Shown here piece after piece: positions 52,001-58,730 of a stretch of 64,000 nucleotides of DNA. This DNA is from a virus. The translations under genes were made by a program, and so were the position numbers. The stretch spans positions 1-64,000 of IMG/VR virus record IMGVR_UViG_3300025133_008097; one strand, written 5' to 3'. The number at the start of each line of letters is the position of its first letter. Within the stretch, counting starts at the first letter, position 1. Under the pieces are notes generated by a model, which searched no databases, was not told the DNA's origin, and saw only the letters and a program-made list of their open reading frames with translations.

Positions 52001-54700
52001 GGCTTCTATCCTGTAGAACGAACTGTTGCATTGGCTTCTTATTTTTCGCAATCGATGGGAACGTTTTTGCCGGCAACTCGCAGCGCCCCTGGCGTAGATG
52101 TGGACGGAAACACCACGGTCCCCGTTCGCGATGGTGTCTCGGCTCCCTGTTCCACCGCTAATGAGACATTATCTAAGATTCTACTGCAACCTCTGTTCGC
52201 CCCGGGCATCTTGTTTAACACTATCAAGTCTGGCATCGCGGTGAGTAACTATGTTATCCGCAACACTGCATCCGACCCCGGCCGAGATCGCCCTGCTTCG
52301 CTTTTTAATGTGGCTCCCAGCGCCGCCGGACATCATCGATACAGCCCGCTCCAACACACCGCAATGAACTCTTATTGGAATTGGACCAATTACTTCGCTA
52401 ATCCCATTTCGGTGCCATATCGTTACGGACACCTCACTCCAATAGATGATTATCACGAGTATAATTTTAACAGCTCCGCATCGATTCAGTCGTCATCCGT
52501 TTGTTCCGCGTCCTTTTTTCCTTTAAACTTGGGAACGAGTGCCTCAGCCGGAGCCTTTGCGGTCCAGGCCATCGGCATCGTCCCGCCCTCTGGCTCCAAT
52601 ACAACTGCATCAGCTGCTATTTGGCCAACTAATCGCTCGGGGTTTTATCTGCATAAGCTGCCTTTTGAGGCAATCCGACGCCCTCAGGATTATCTTTCGG
52701 CCCGTGGCCTCGCCGGCAGAGCATCACTGCACCGACCCCCGAAGTGGCAATACGGAGTGTTGCTGGGGACCGGTAGCTCGGACGCAGGTAACAACCCAGC
52801 AGTAGGCCTCGGTTCGGGTTGGTTGTATGACGAGGGTTGCGCAAGCTTCTCCTCTAGTATGGCAATGAGCGTTTACTTTAATGGAGTACTCGCCAATGAC
52901 AATCAGAACAAGATTCGCTGGCCTGGACAAATGAGCAGCCCGCTTTACGAACTGGCCATTGACAATTTCTTGTGTGAGACACTAAACTTCTTCCAAGATG
53001 GTCTAACAAGTTTCGTGTCAGCAGAGGAGACGGAGTTTAACCCAGTTAAGAAAAATCACTATTATGGCATGAGGGTGAATCTATATCGTACTACCGATGA
53101 TGAAGGTAATCCAAATTTTGGTATGTATAGTCGGGCCAGTGCATTTGGCGCGCCCCTTAAGGCCTCGGGTTCCCGCGGCGGAAACATTACTTATTCTCAT
53201 TTAACGCCCCCATACTACAATGGAGGAGCAACCGCAGATATCATTTATAAAGCCAGCTATAGCGATCGTCCGGCCCTGCAGGACATTATCTCACAGGTGG
53301 TTATTGAATACAATCGAGACGTCGAAACAAACTTAGTGGCCGGGACGTTTGGTTCAGATGGCCCGAATGGTTATCTAAGCAGCTCTTATATTGGCAACGT
53401 TACCGGTGCACTTCACACCGATTATGTTCACAATCAGATGCAAATTAGTGCCAGTGTTAATTTGTTGGATAAGATCTTGGCCGTCCCTGCAGGTCCGGGC
53501 GCAACAGCCAAGCCTCGATGGCTCATCCAATCTAAATTTGAAACCCCGGTTCTCAACTTTTATGATACCCCCTCACTGCCACATGGTACCTCTTCAATGG
53601 GAGACGCCGGAGGCCAGAGCGGAGTAGGGTGTATTAATGTGACTTCATCAACCGCCCCATTCCAAATTCGCGGGATGTGGCACCAGTACGGCCAAATACC
53701 AAGTGGCTCAGAAGGACTATTTTTGGGGGTTCAAGATCTTCCGACGAAATACTCATCATCTTATTATAGCGGCTCGATTGAACTCAAGTCTCTCAGATCG
53801 GTGGTAGGGTTTCAAAACGCCGGCGACCAAAGAGTTGGTCAACTAGCAGAAGCAAAAACTGTTAGAGAAGCAGTTATATGTGTGCCCTTTACTGTTAAGA
53901 ACAACCGGCGCCAATTTTTTAGTCTTCCTCCAACTCGAATGCTACACCGCGCCCGAGCATTCGCAACGCGTTCCCGGAACCGCCAAATCCCGGCACAACG
54001 AAGTTCTCGCTTCGATAGCCTAAGGAACAGAGCCGCAGTCTCTGCCCAGAAGTGGGATCAATATGGTGATGCATATGATAGGCAGCTTTCTATTTTAACA
54101 AGTTATGTGTTGCCCCCAACCTTGGACTTTTTTACCAACCCAAGTGTGCGCCCAGTTTATTTTACTGCTTTTGAATTTAGCGACACCTTTAGCCAAAAAG
54201 ATCTTCAAAACATGTGGCAAAATCTACCGCCGGAGAGCAACCAGAAATTTAAAAAATTGGAAAGCTCAGTTCATATTTCAGAATTTTGGACAAGCCGATT
54301 CTTTGGCCCGGAGAACGGCGGCAATGTTCAGTGGATGGTTTTCAAGGTTAAACAAAGGGCTGCAAAAGATTATGATATTTTCTCCAAACAGGGGCTCACG
54401 CAGGACACTCCTATCACTTCGCCGTCGATTCGATCGCCATATACGTTCAACTGGCCTTATGATTATTTCTCCTTAGTTGAACTACTTAAAATTGATGAAA
54501 ATATGGAATATGTTTCGGGAGAACTTCAAGATAGCATAGGGGCCTGGGAAGAAATGCCCCCTCAGCCACTACTTGGTGCATCCCCCGATGAGCCGCGGTC
54601 GGCTAGAGGAAGCCGAGAGGGCGAAGCTAGCGCCGGTGAAGAGGTCGCGCTCCTTAATGAAGAGGCCTCCGAAGGCACATCCCGACGACGGAGAAAGTAG
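43049..54700 (+). CDS. Giant (3883 aa) baseplate/tail protein with a gp7/P2-gpI-like wedge motif and several LamG/ConA-like lectin domains
   Basis: YKSKGTEKAFRNLIRAFG wedge motif; LamG signatures VEFW...WHHYALT...LYVDG...DEFRYW, SMWI...WNHIAFV...YING...DFAIW and AWW...WYHLAATFDG...YING...LDEMQVYNRDL. Confidence 0.8.
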   Translation: MSFKNLFDKAEARTTLANQSAQEVGSAIESEAFQTQDIIKEERFIPAVDYSSASSFARYGSAEMYYRDSIDRIIQQYPYDGSLRERLQWENDSTEIDLYLYDNLYPRSTGYILLSADGWGAQTSAADGYGLPTSPEYIYLKGGPHANPNGMEKLHLQFTGSNYYDTGSNRGSNLKYDLSGSGVTVEFWMKKDAWTGNTTKEVVLDVWNGNTIGNGDYGRLRVALDSAADGGAPFLVTLKSGSKGVIDQSVGSSVTVADEAWHHYALTFMSSETGIDTRLYVDGNLNQKTKLGSDALNQVTGALQGNIGALVTTTAGGGAQYAGKLSASLDEFRYWKTKRTGRDVGRFWFTQVGGGTNDDPMPFEDTTVTANTDLGVYYKFNEGITGVTATDSNILDYSGRVTNGAWTGYSSSSRNTGSAIISSSAAIKEFQDPIIYPFHPEVASLRTSLIQSGSEHDADNTAMMYSTIPSWITEDDFESGEHVRKLTQILSSYFDTLHLQAESLNKLKDIDYVSGSNKPTVYGHRLLSSHGLVTPDLFVDASVLEKLGDRSEDRVFEKSLSELKNLIYQNIYNNLSYIYKSKGTEKAFRNLIRAFGVDDDLIKINMYANNVEFDFTTNRKNKAIAKKYVNFNTISNSDASVFQLRNPGDTANTTGFISSSTNLTGGYAVTLESEVYFPKKFSRSDDWYTDTNIISSSLFGVHATTTQPTDTPGSEPAQTDTTIPVDNATNFQVYAVRDSVDSPNIQFILTGSDGGYVPRLTSSLFLDVYNNNQWNVAVKIRPQRYPWVAQVSDASNAGYFVEFEGVHVEAGIILNSFNVTGTIAGGVSGLPAFMSGSRRVFLGSNKTNVTGATLQRSDTKIGSCRLWLDNLTTEEMQAHALDPQNYGRTNSGMYAFPFQSSASYGDIPACDTLLLNWNFNQNTGSNADGGFRVADLSSGSASRSGSAGWLSNLLYMQHPGSGSEFEASSTSVTDKDFVITSKQNLPEALESSDMITVLSQQDDVEFTIDSRPTNYFLAFEKSMQQAISEEMINYFASLSDLNTLIGAPVNLYRPHYKGLNFVKQQFFETVSNDEIDFEKFFEYYKWIDDALSTFLAQLAPVSLDFDPNIRTLIESHILERSKYQHKFPFLAKSEPDISGTIGTIASPITVNSIINDAQGTGIESAHAPTKRVTGMPNTSLLNSWKYDHAPLPTASWVDGARPQQDAGSLAWWQNRAVRGGDAELMVLNATGGMPSGALADRQVLLNAIKASNSRTLNRPYKFSGGGSVVLGGVAQHINKRKDFVYDATTPMGPVVGTSSVPQNIMVAVSGDVEQLINTSDVYFPSQKSRLGFGINPSINIGNTSSVQFYSDYPIVGDGATLAPFSLYSSSIDDELATEMSAFTGSTIITNMHADLASTRTDIPMQGPFTEKFVGGREHRHIRLNEFSSKNPAFNGLDTRENRPEGFRVMMGYELTGATGTTSPWKSTPGRLQVVGPQYPEIDTAAGISNLSDRPKANLSRVEYAKRPVNIKNIKMTTGSLSQSMSGTIDHNRIGNYSKNYEVIQTAGRSQNDPFFQDQSFDFALYPETLATRGRFPLENPRHGALYFADGTNSTYADGTLVGSGTFLDTIMGGAEAALKPHAVSMWIYADSSGTDDNIFFSVAENAVSTGRYFRIFNVQSDPYLYAWLGTDAVCQSTTGQFQQDAWNHIAFVTSGGVDHGGDLSTYWYINGVDATNSSTAGTPKAITADQKMWLGVYGYNMAYDFYPGYVCDFAIWEACLSPDNVQEIYNKGRRWDLESSTISNQLALWSSFGSSNLSSDWRRNPNGNSPAGFNGGKYGGGNNTWRVGGSEEYRELSGALNLMWTGGQTQVLSGNLDYAIPARTGSDSNQSIIVNRFNAPGGWDVSSQGYMDPAHEEYSVYNALPFRNRHVINYGVSGSASAPPSGSTIIVQDQIDRPRGLDQLWTLHTGRYGADAAFGEVTLAEVQQNANLTVTKPSFHKIQRNAKKRVVITGSFVAPPAATDQPLSTGSSYDNLFVQHPVPRADRNYAWITASMFPHAAFYGYDQKVLPFSGSTKVYELARAIVTGPSGSSGSSYVTASYPFGTGSDVDKSTYAPSVEPPYTTLYVSGNINFAGFAYDEYATRYVNLETHTLEPPIYMPNNHSYLMSGSGEDAFAETSLYKAGGPGAWREMGARNGTTLPSSNAAFTVAWWQKFDLTGSTGIVNQDDDPGADLDYMTPWQWTNRWGTSSRRRFWFKWYGGLAVPYFFIDGPYASLGVGDGEIRPTSAINYLRSGLWYHLAATFDGIDPDGANTEDHMKIYINGRAITTTVEEELKAPYGIDGPLWIGGSRHNCHPFVGNLDEMQVYNRDLSAPEIRDLFERAGTNFFGAPNLKDSMMSWWRFGTTPGDSVSVIQDTIRNNDAIQYYTSGVVSISDAVPASGSDGAQGNLDVSVVTPTGPGSYNASASYGLYAITGAFWSNSSITFNQTMLNLNGPYQHPSWKQIRTGEHPVARKMRETNRISVSDRPPMVAIYRAGAADPINVVRAKKPQGFTDYVESPVVSRYKPLVAAFEDLSESPVPGTRVQMKVAWGNNITYFTHNGLNSRLNLEVDPAEEQAYNGVRQFINSESENLGAYVSYGEQIYPAEANAYRQQVRSRLHYKIDNIWANNRADRTYPVTNSQGYWDNIGRAQDGGPESPWPLDTPMYITSTTSSTGYRPSYVTAFSFLNSGGGFVRSTASVFLSGGLGPDGISFYGGFSNTGMLPGNFASNMHNSVGSGTGSGGGELQNTYNFWMRKPGPTARVAGTTDSLGGWMTGTLHPAASYIRPILEVGRAVVPGEAAELGGRRFAASLQVGFHPWVAPQQSGLSPYRPYDEYAQNLRTAGKEYSIVPEFRISEHLENYFGSTRKERATNGFLSRLTNLIELTGATAAADSNARFYKTYSNSDFLELFKIVDEDFREERKPSRSRSEDDPEAPTLRSLDLQRHGTTLKASAFLSFLPYKGFYPVERTVALASYFSQSMGTFLPATRSAPGVDVDGNTTVPVRDGVSAPCSTANETLSKILLQPLFAPGILFNTIKSGIAVSNYVIRNTASDPGRDRPASLFNVAPSAAGHHRYSPLQHTAMNSYWNWTNYFANPISVPYRYGHLTPIDDYHEYNFNSSASIQSSSVCSASFFPLNLGTSASAGAFAVQAIGIVPPSGSNTTASAAIWPTNRSGFYLHKLPFEAIRRPQDYLSARGLAGRASLHRPPKWQYGVLLGTGSSDAGNNPAVGLGSGWLYDEGCASFSSSMAMSVYFNGVLANDNQNKIRWPGQMSSPLYELAIDNFLCETLNFFQDGLTSFVSAEETEFNPVKKNHYYGMRVNLYRTTDDEGNPNFGMYSRASAFGAPLKASGSRGGNITYSHLTPPYYNGGATADIIYKASYSDRPALQDIISQVVIEYNRDVETNLVAGTFGSDGPNGYLSSSYIGNVTGALHTDYVHNQMQISASVNLLDKILAVPAGPGATAKPRWLIQSKFETPVLNFYDTPSLPHGTSSMGDAGGQSGVGCINVTSSTAPFQIRGMWHQYGQIPSGSEGLFLGVQDLPTKYSSSYYSGSIELKSLRSVVGFQNAGDQRVGQLAEAKTVREAVICVPFTVKNNRRQFFSLPPTRMLHRARAFATRSRNRQIPAQRSSRFDSLRNRAAVSAQKWDQYGDAYDRQLSILTSYVLPPTLDFFTNPSVRPVYFTAFEFSDTFSQKDLQNMWQNLPPESNQKFKKLESSVHISEFWTSRFFGPENGGNVQWMVFKVKQRAAKDYDIFSKQGLTQDTPITSPSIRSPYTFNWPYDYFSLVELLKIDENMEYVSGELQDSIGAWEEMPPQPLLGASPDEPRSARGSREGEASAGEEVALLNEEASEGTSRRRRK

Positions 54701-54709
54701 AGGCATAAG

Positions 54710-55747
54710 ATGGAGTTTTTCAATAAAAAAGAAGACGTCCTAGATGTTCAACTCACCGAGTATGGAAAATACCTCTTATCTCAGGGGAGGATGAAGCCGG
54801 CCTATTATGCTTTTTTTGACGATGAGGTGTTATATGATCTCTCGGCTAGTGGAGACCAGAACGAAGCGCAGAAAGATGTAGATCGAAGAATCCGCTATGA
54901 AACTCCTAATTTACGACCGCAAAGTAATACAACGGGAGTGGAAACCCGCGTAAGGCAATTTCAAAAAGCAGTACAAAAGAATGCCAACAAGAAGGCGCTA
55001 ACAGTCAATTCTATCGACTTTGCCGATGCTTTCGAAAACGTTCCCCACTTTGATCAGAAGTTTTTTGTGGCCACAGACCCCTTAGGAAGCAGTGATCTCA
55101 AGTCGACGTATGACCCGGCATGGGGAGTAAACCTTCTTCATAACGAGATATCTTCTAGCACCGATTATTATACTGTTAATTTAACGAGTAGTGCAGCAAC
55201 GTTGAATAACGGCGTGATTAAGGAAATCCCTCAGATCAATATTACGTTGGACTATAAGACTTTTTATACAAAGAACACCATGGCCGGCCCAGACTTTGAG
55301 ATTCTAGCTTCTTTGAATGCAGAAGGAATTAATTTAGCGTTGGAAAAAAATTATATCTTAATAGACGTCCAAGAGCACAATACAAATTATGAAAAAGAAA
55401 ATTTTTATATAGAGGTATTTGAGTCGGGAAGCGATGATATGCTTAAGCAGATGTGCTTTACTAAAGGGTTTAAAAAGCCAGACGCCGATAGTGCAGACAG
55501 TTATCTAGATCTTAGCACAGATTGGGAAATCCCCGGACCATCGATTACTCGCCAGTTCTGTATCGACGAAAATACTATTAACAATAATGGTCCTACTTGT
55601 CAAGATCCTTATGGCGACAGCTCGGCTGGCTTCGCCGCCACGCGCGGTGGCGGTGGCGACGACGATCAACGCTTTGAAATTGAGACCGGCCCGCAGATCT
55701 ATTCTACTGAAGAGGATAGTACCAAGGATGAGGAGCCCTGCGACTAA
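54710..55747 (+). CDS. Virion protein with an N-terminal LDxxLTxxG...DDExxY module (tail-collar/fibre-anchor-like)
   Basis: N-terminus resembles that of 62792-63745. Confidence 0.55.
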   Translation: MEFFNKKEDVLDVQLTEYGKYLLSQGRMKPAYYAFFDDEVLYDLSASGDQNEAQKDVDRRIRYETPNLRPQSNTTGVETRVRQFQKAVQKNANKKALTVNSIDFADAFENVPHFDQKFFVATDPLGSSDLKSTYDPAWGVNLLHNEISSSTDYYTVNLTSSAATLNNGVIKEIPQINITLDYKTFYTKNTMAGPDFEILASLNAEGINLALEKNYILIDVQEHNTNYEKENFYIEVFESGSDDMLKQMCFTKGFKKPDADSADSYLDLSTDWEIPGPSITRQFCIDENTINNNGPTCQDPYGDSSAGFAATRGGGGDDDQRFEIETGPQIYSTEEDSTKDEEPCD

Positions 55748-58728
55748 TGGGAAATATTTCATCCACAATATTTAATAATCCGTTACCCGCGGTATTGGTA
55801 AAAGAGGTTCTGCTAAGAGGGGATCAAACCAACCGAGCGATAACGAAGATAGATATCAAGCTCACACTTCAAAATATGAAGCTGGAAGATGGTGAACCGT
55901 TTTCTTTGTTTGTCGCTCTGGTAACCGACCGAGATGCATTAGCAGCGCTGCAAAAGAATCCGTCAGCTCTTCAATATGAAATATCTACACCGAACTCCCC
56001 AAGTGTAAAAACCGGTCGTATGCTGAAGAAATATATTGGCGTAGAAGACTTTTTCGTAGATAAAAAAATAAGACACCTACTCAATACTCGCGATGGCGCC
56101 GGCGTGACCACCAAAGAAATTTCAGTTGGGATGGATATTTTTGCCACCCAAAACCAAGATCTGTGGATTTATTGCATCCCCTATCAATCAAGTAAGGGAG
56201 CCGATGATAAGGTCAAACAAGTTATCGGCAAGCACAGATTCCAATTCGGCGCGCATGTAGTCGAGCCCATATTTGCGGGAGGCGCCCCCCCCACAACCAC
56301 ATATTTGTATACACTAGCCCAAGGAGGTAGACATTTCGGCCAGAAAGGCGACGTGTGGCCCGGAGCGGTTACTTTTCATAAGAACTCTTATTATGTCAAA
56401 CCTGTTTTCCGCGCACTTGGCCCCAAGCTCAAACGATCCCAGGTAAGTAATCAAAAAATTAAAGATCTTAGAGTGCTAGAAATTATTGATGGCCTCGATT
56501 TAGATAATTTTGTATTTAACACCAATAATATTAATCGCAGTAATGTTAAAAAATATGAGAAAGTAAAGGGCCTCTTGGGGAAGAAATATTTTTCTCCATT
56601 CCAGTATTGTCGCGACAGCAAGGGTGCCTTTAAGCTATTTTTAGGGATGGACTACAACACTTACATTCAGGATAATGCGCGCCTGGCGAATCTATTTGCC
56701 AACAAGGGATCTCTTAAGTCCTGTTTTACGATAAACGAAGTATCGGTTTATCGGGAAAGGAAAAATGAAATTTCTGAGGGGAGCAAACTGACCGCACAAC
56801 CGATTGCCCCATCTTCGGACTTCTTCGTCGAGCCGCCTAAGTTTGTTGGGGATTTGAGTTCTGCAGTAGCGACAATTGATATGGGTTTAGGCGATTTCTT
56901 AAATTTTGTTATTACAGACAAAGCGATGAAGAAGGAAGAAATATCTAATTTTGAATATACCATTACTTTTGAATTTGTAGATTCAACTGCTCAAGCTGTT
57001 AAAAATATTGTTGATAGATTAGAAATGATCTTCACTGAATTCCAATCATTTATGTCTAAGTTTGAGGGCCTCGGAAAAAAGAATTACGATATAGAAGAAT
57101 ATTTGAGAGTAAATGCTGACACTATTAAGTCGGACGACTCATGGGTTCGCTTAATTGATGAATTTTTGGCTTCAATTTTATTTATATTTGGGCCCGAGAC
57201 TTTCGGAAACGAGACCCCTCTCGTATGGAAAAAAAATCTAACAACCATGATAAATCCAATGTGTGCCACAGACGAAACTTTTCGGGAATTTACCGAGACC
57301 ATAAAAGGATATATTGGAGATCTGCGTAATATTGTGTCTCTCCCTGTCGTGGGCAGAAGCGATAAAAAGTTTAGTACTCGGTCCAAAGTAGCTCAAACCC
57401 AAGAGATGGTCCGGAAGATTAAGTATACGTATAAATCTCAGAAGGTTAAAAAAACCACGGATGCGGACGTTGGCTTTGATTACTTGGGTATAGCTAAGTT
57501 TTTAAAGGAGAGTGGCACTGGCCTCTCGGGGATTGAGCTTGATGATTTTGAAAAAAGAATGAACTTAGAGATCAATAAGTATAAGGTAGCCAATCCTAAT
57601 GTCACCTCTATTAATAGGTATGGGTTCTTATCTCCTTATCGCATATACACTCCCTACGAAACTCAGGATACCTTTGGGGACCACCTAGAGCTAGCCGATG
57701 GTCTTATAATTTTAGAAAATAATAAGAATCCCTCTATTTCACAGTTCATAGCTGATGGATCCCCGCAGGAAGTAGATCTTAAAATCTCCACGATGATGTC
57801 GATTCTGGGCACCAGCGGCATTTATATGGAGCCATTATTTACTGGACTGACAGAGCATGTCGCCGCTAAGCTGTCACTAAGAGACGAAGAACAATCTGAT
57901 TCTGATGATTATTTTGATGTAGACGCCTTTACTCTAGAAGGCCAAAGTGCAGAAGACCACGTTAGTGGCAGTAGCGGTGTTAGATTTAGAGATCTCCAAG
58001 GCCAAAAAAGTAAGATGTTGATGTTAGAATCCGACTTAGCCGAGAAAATGGTCGATGGTATCGCTCAGAATTTTACTGATTTTAAACTTCTTCCAAGACC
58101 CGGATCGGCGGGCTCCTTGGCGCATGCGCGGATACATCAAAACCTTGAAGAGTTTAGGGATACTAACTCATTTGAAAGAGACATTTTTTATAATTCTTTG
58201 AAAAAGATAGAAACATTGACGGGATATTTTAACGATAATATTCGTCGTCCTAAATGGGAAGTCCTAACCGCAGGCCAGCTTGCGCAGCTTAAAGAGACTG
58301 ACAGATCAATACTTTGTCGTTTGTCGCCGTGCCCTCCGGTAACGAGTGCTCCCACTCGTTATAATCTGGGTGCTTATAACCATTTATTTGTTTTGGGCGA
58401 CGGCTTTGCCGGCCAGAAACAAATGCGCGCTAACTATCTTAAAAGGTATAAGGGCTACCTCACTCGAATGACAGCTCTTAACCAGAGTGTCGCAGCCAAC
58501 ATTGCTCGCCCCGAAGCAAACTATGGACCAGAATATTATGTTGCGTCCGCGCCGTCATCCGCGGCCAATAAGGGAGTCGGGAAAAAAGTAGAAAAGGATA
58601 AAAAGGCTGCCTCTAAGAAAGGAAAAACATCTAAGCTCACACAACGAAGGGCACAATCAATGGCGGCACTTGAAAACACAGACGCAGCTAAGAACACCGG
58701 CAAAAAAGGTCGTCGAGGAGGATATTAA
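55747..58728 (+). CDS. Large (993 aa) putative virion protein with a Lys-rich C-terminal tail
   Basis: Long ORF, TAATG-coupled, in the structural block. Confidence 0.65.
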   Translation: MGNISSTIFNNPLPAVLVKEVLLRGDQTNRAITKIDIKLTLQNMKLEDGEPFSLFVALVTDRDALAALQKNPSALQYEISTPNSPSVKTGRMLKKYIGVEDFFVDKKIRHLLNTRDGAGVTTKEISVGMDIFATQNQDLWIYCIPYQSSKGADDKVKQVIGKHRFQFGAHVVEPIFAGGAPPTTTYLYTLAQGGRHFGQKGDVWPGAVTFHKNSYYVKPVFRALGPKLKRSQVSNQKIKDLRVLEIIDGLDLDNFVFNTNNINRSNVKKYEKVKGLLGKKYFSPFQYCRDSKGAFKLFLGMDYNTYIQDNARLANLFANKGSLKSCFTINEVSVYRERKNEISEGSKLTAQPIAPSSDFFVEPPKFVGDLSSAVATIDMGLGDFLNFVITDKAMKKEEISNFEYTITFEFVDSTAQAVKNIVDRLEMIFTEFQSFMSKFEGLGKKNYDIEEYLRVNADTIKSDDSWVRLIDEFLASILFIFGPETFGNETPLVWKKNLTTMINPMCATDETFREFTETIKGYIGDLRNIVSLPVVGRSDKKFSTRSKVAQTQEMVRKIKYTYKSQKVKKTTDADVGFDYLGIAKFLKESGTGLSGIELDDFEKRMNLEINKYKVANPNVTSINRYGFLSPYRIYTPYETQDTFGDHLELADGLIILENNKNPSISQFIADGSPQEVDLKISTMMSILGTSGIYMEPLFTGLTEHVAAKLSLRDEEQSDSDDYFDVDAFTLEGQSAEDHVSGSSGVRFRDLQGQKSKMLMLESDLAEKMVDGIAQNFTDFKLLPRPGSAGSLAHARIHQNLEEFRDTNSFERDIFYNSLKKIETLTGYFNDNIRRPKWEVLTAGQLAQLKETDRSILCRLSPCPPVTSAPTRYNLGAYNHLFVLGDGFAGQKQMRANYLKRYKGYLTRMTALNQSVAANIARPEANYGPEYYVASAPSSAANKGVGKKVEKDKKAASKKGKTSKLTQRRAQSMAALENTDAAKNTGKKGRRGGY

Positions 58729-58730
58729 TT

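Noticed and set aside
43049-54700. Diversity-generating retroelement target or intein within the giant protein
   Set aside because: No reverse transcriptase, no TR/VR-like near-duplicate and no intein terminal motifs were seen by eye; a self-dotplot would be decisive
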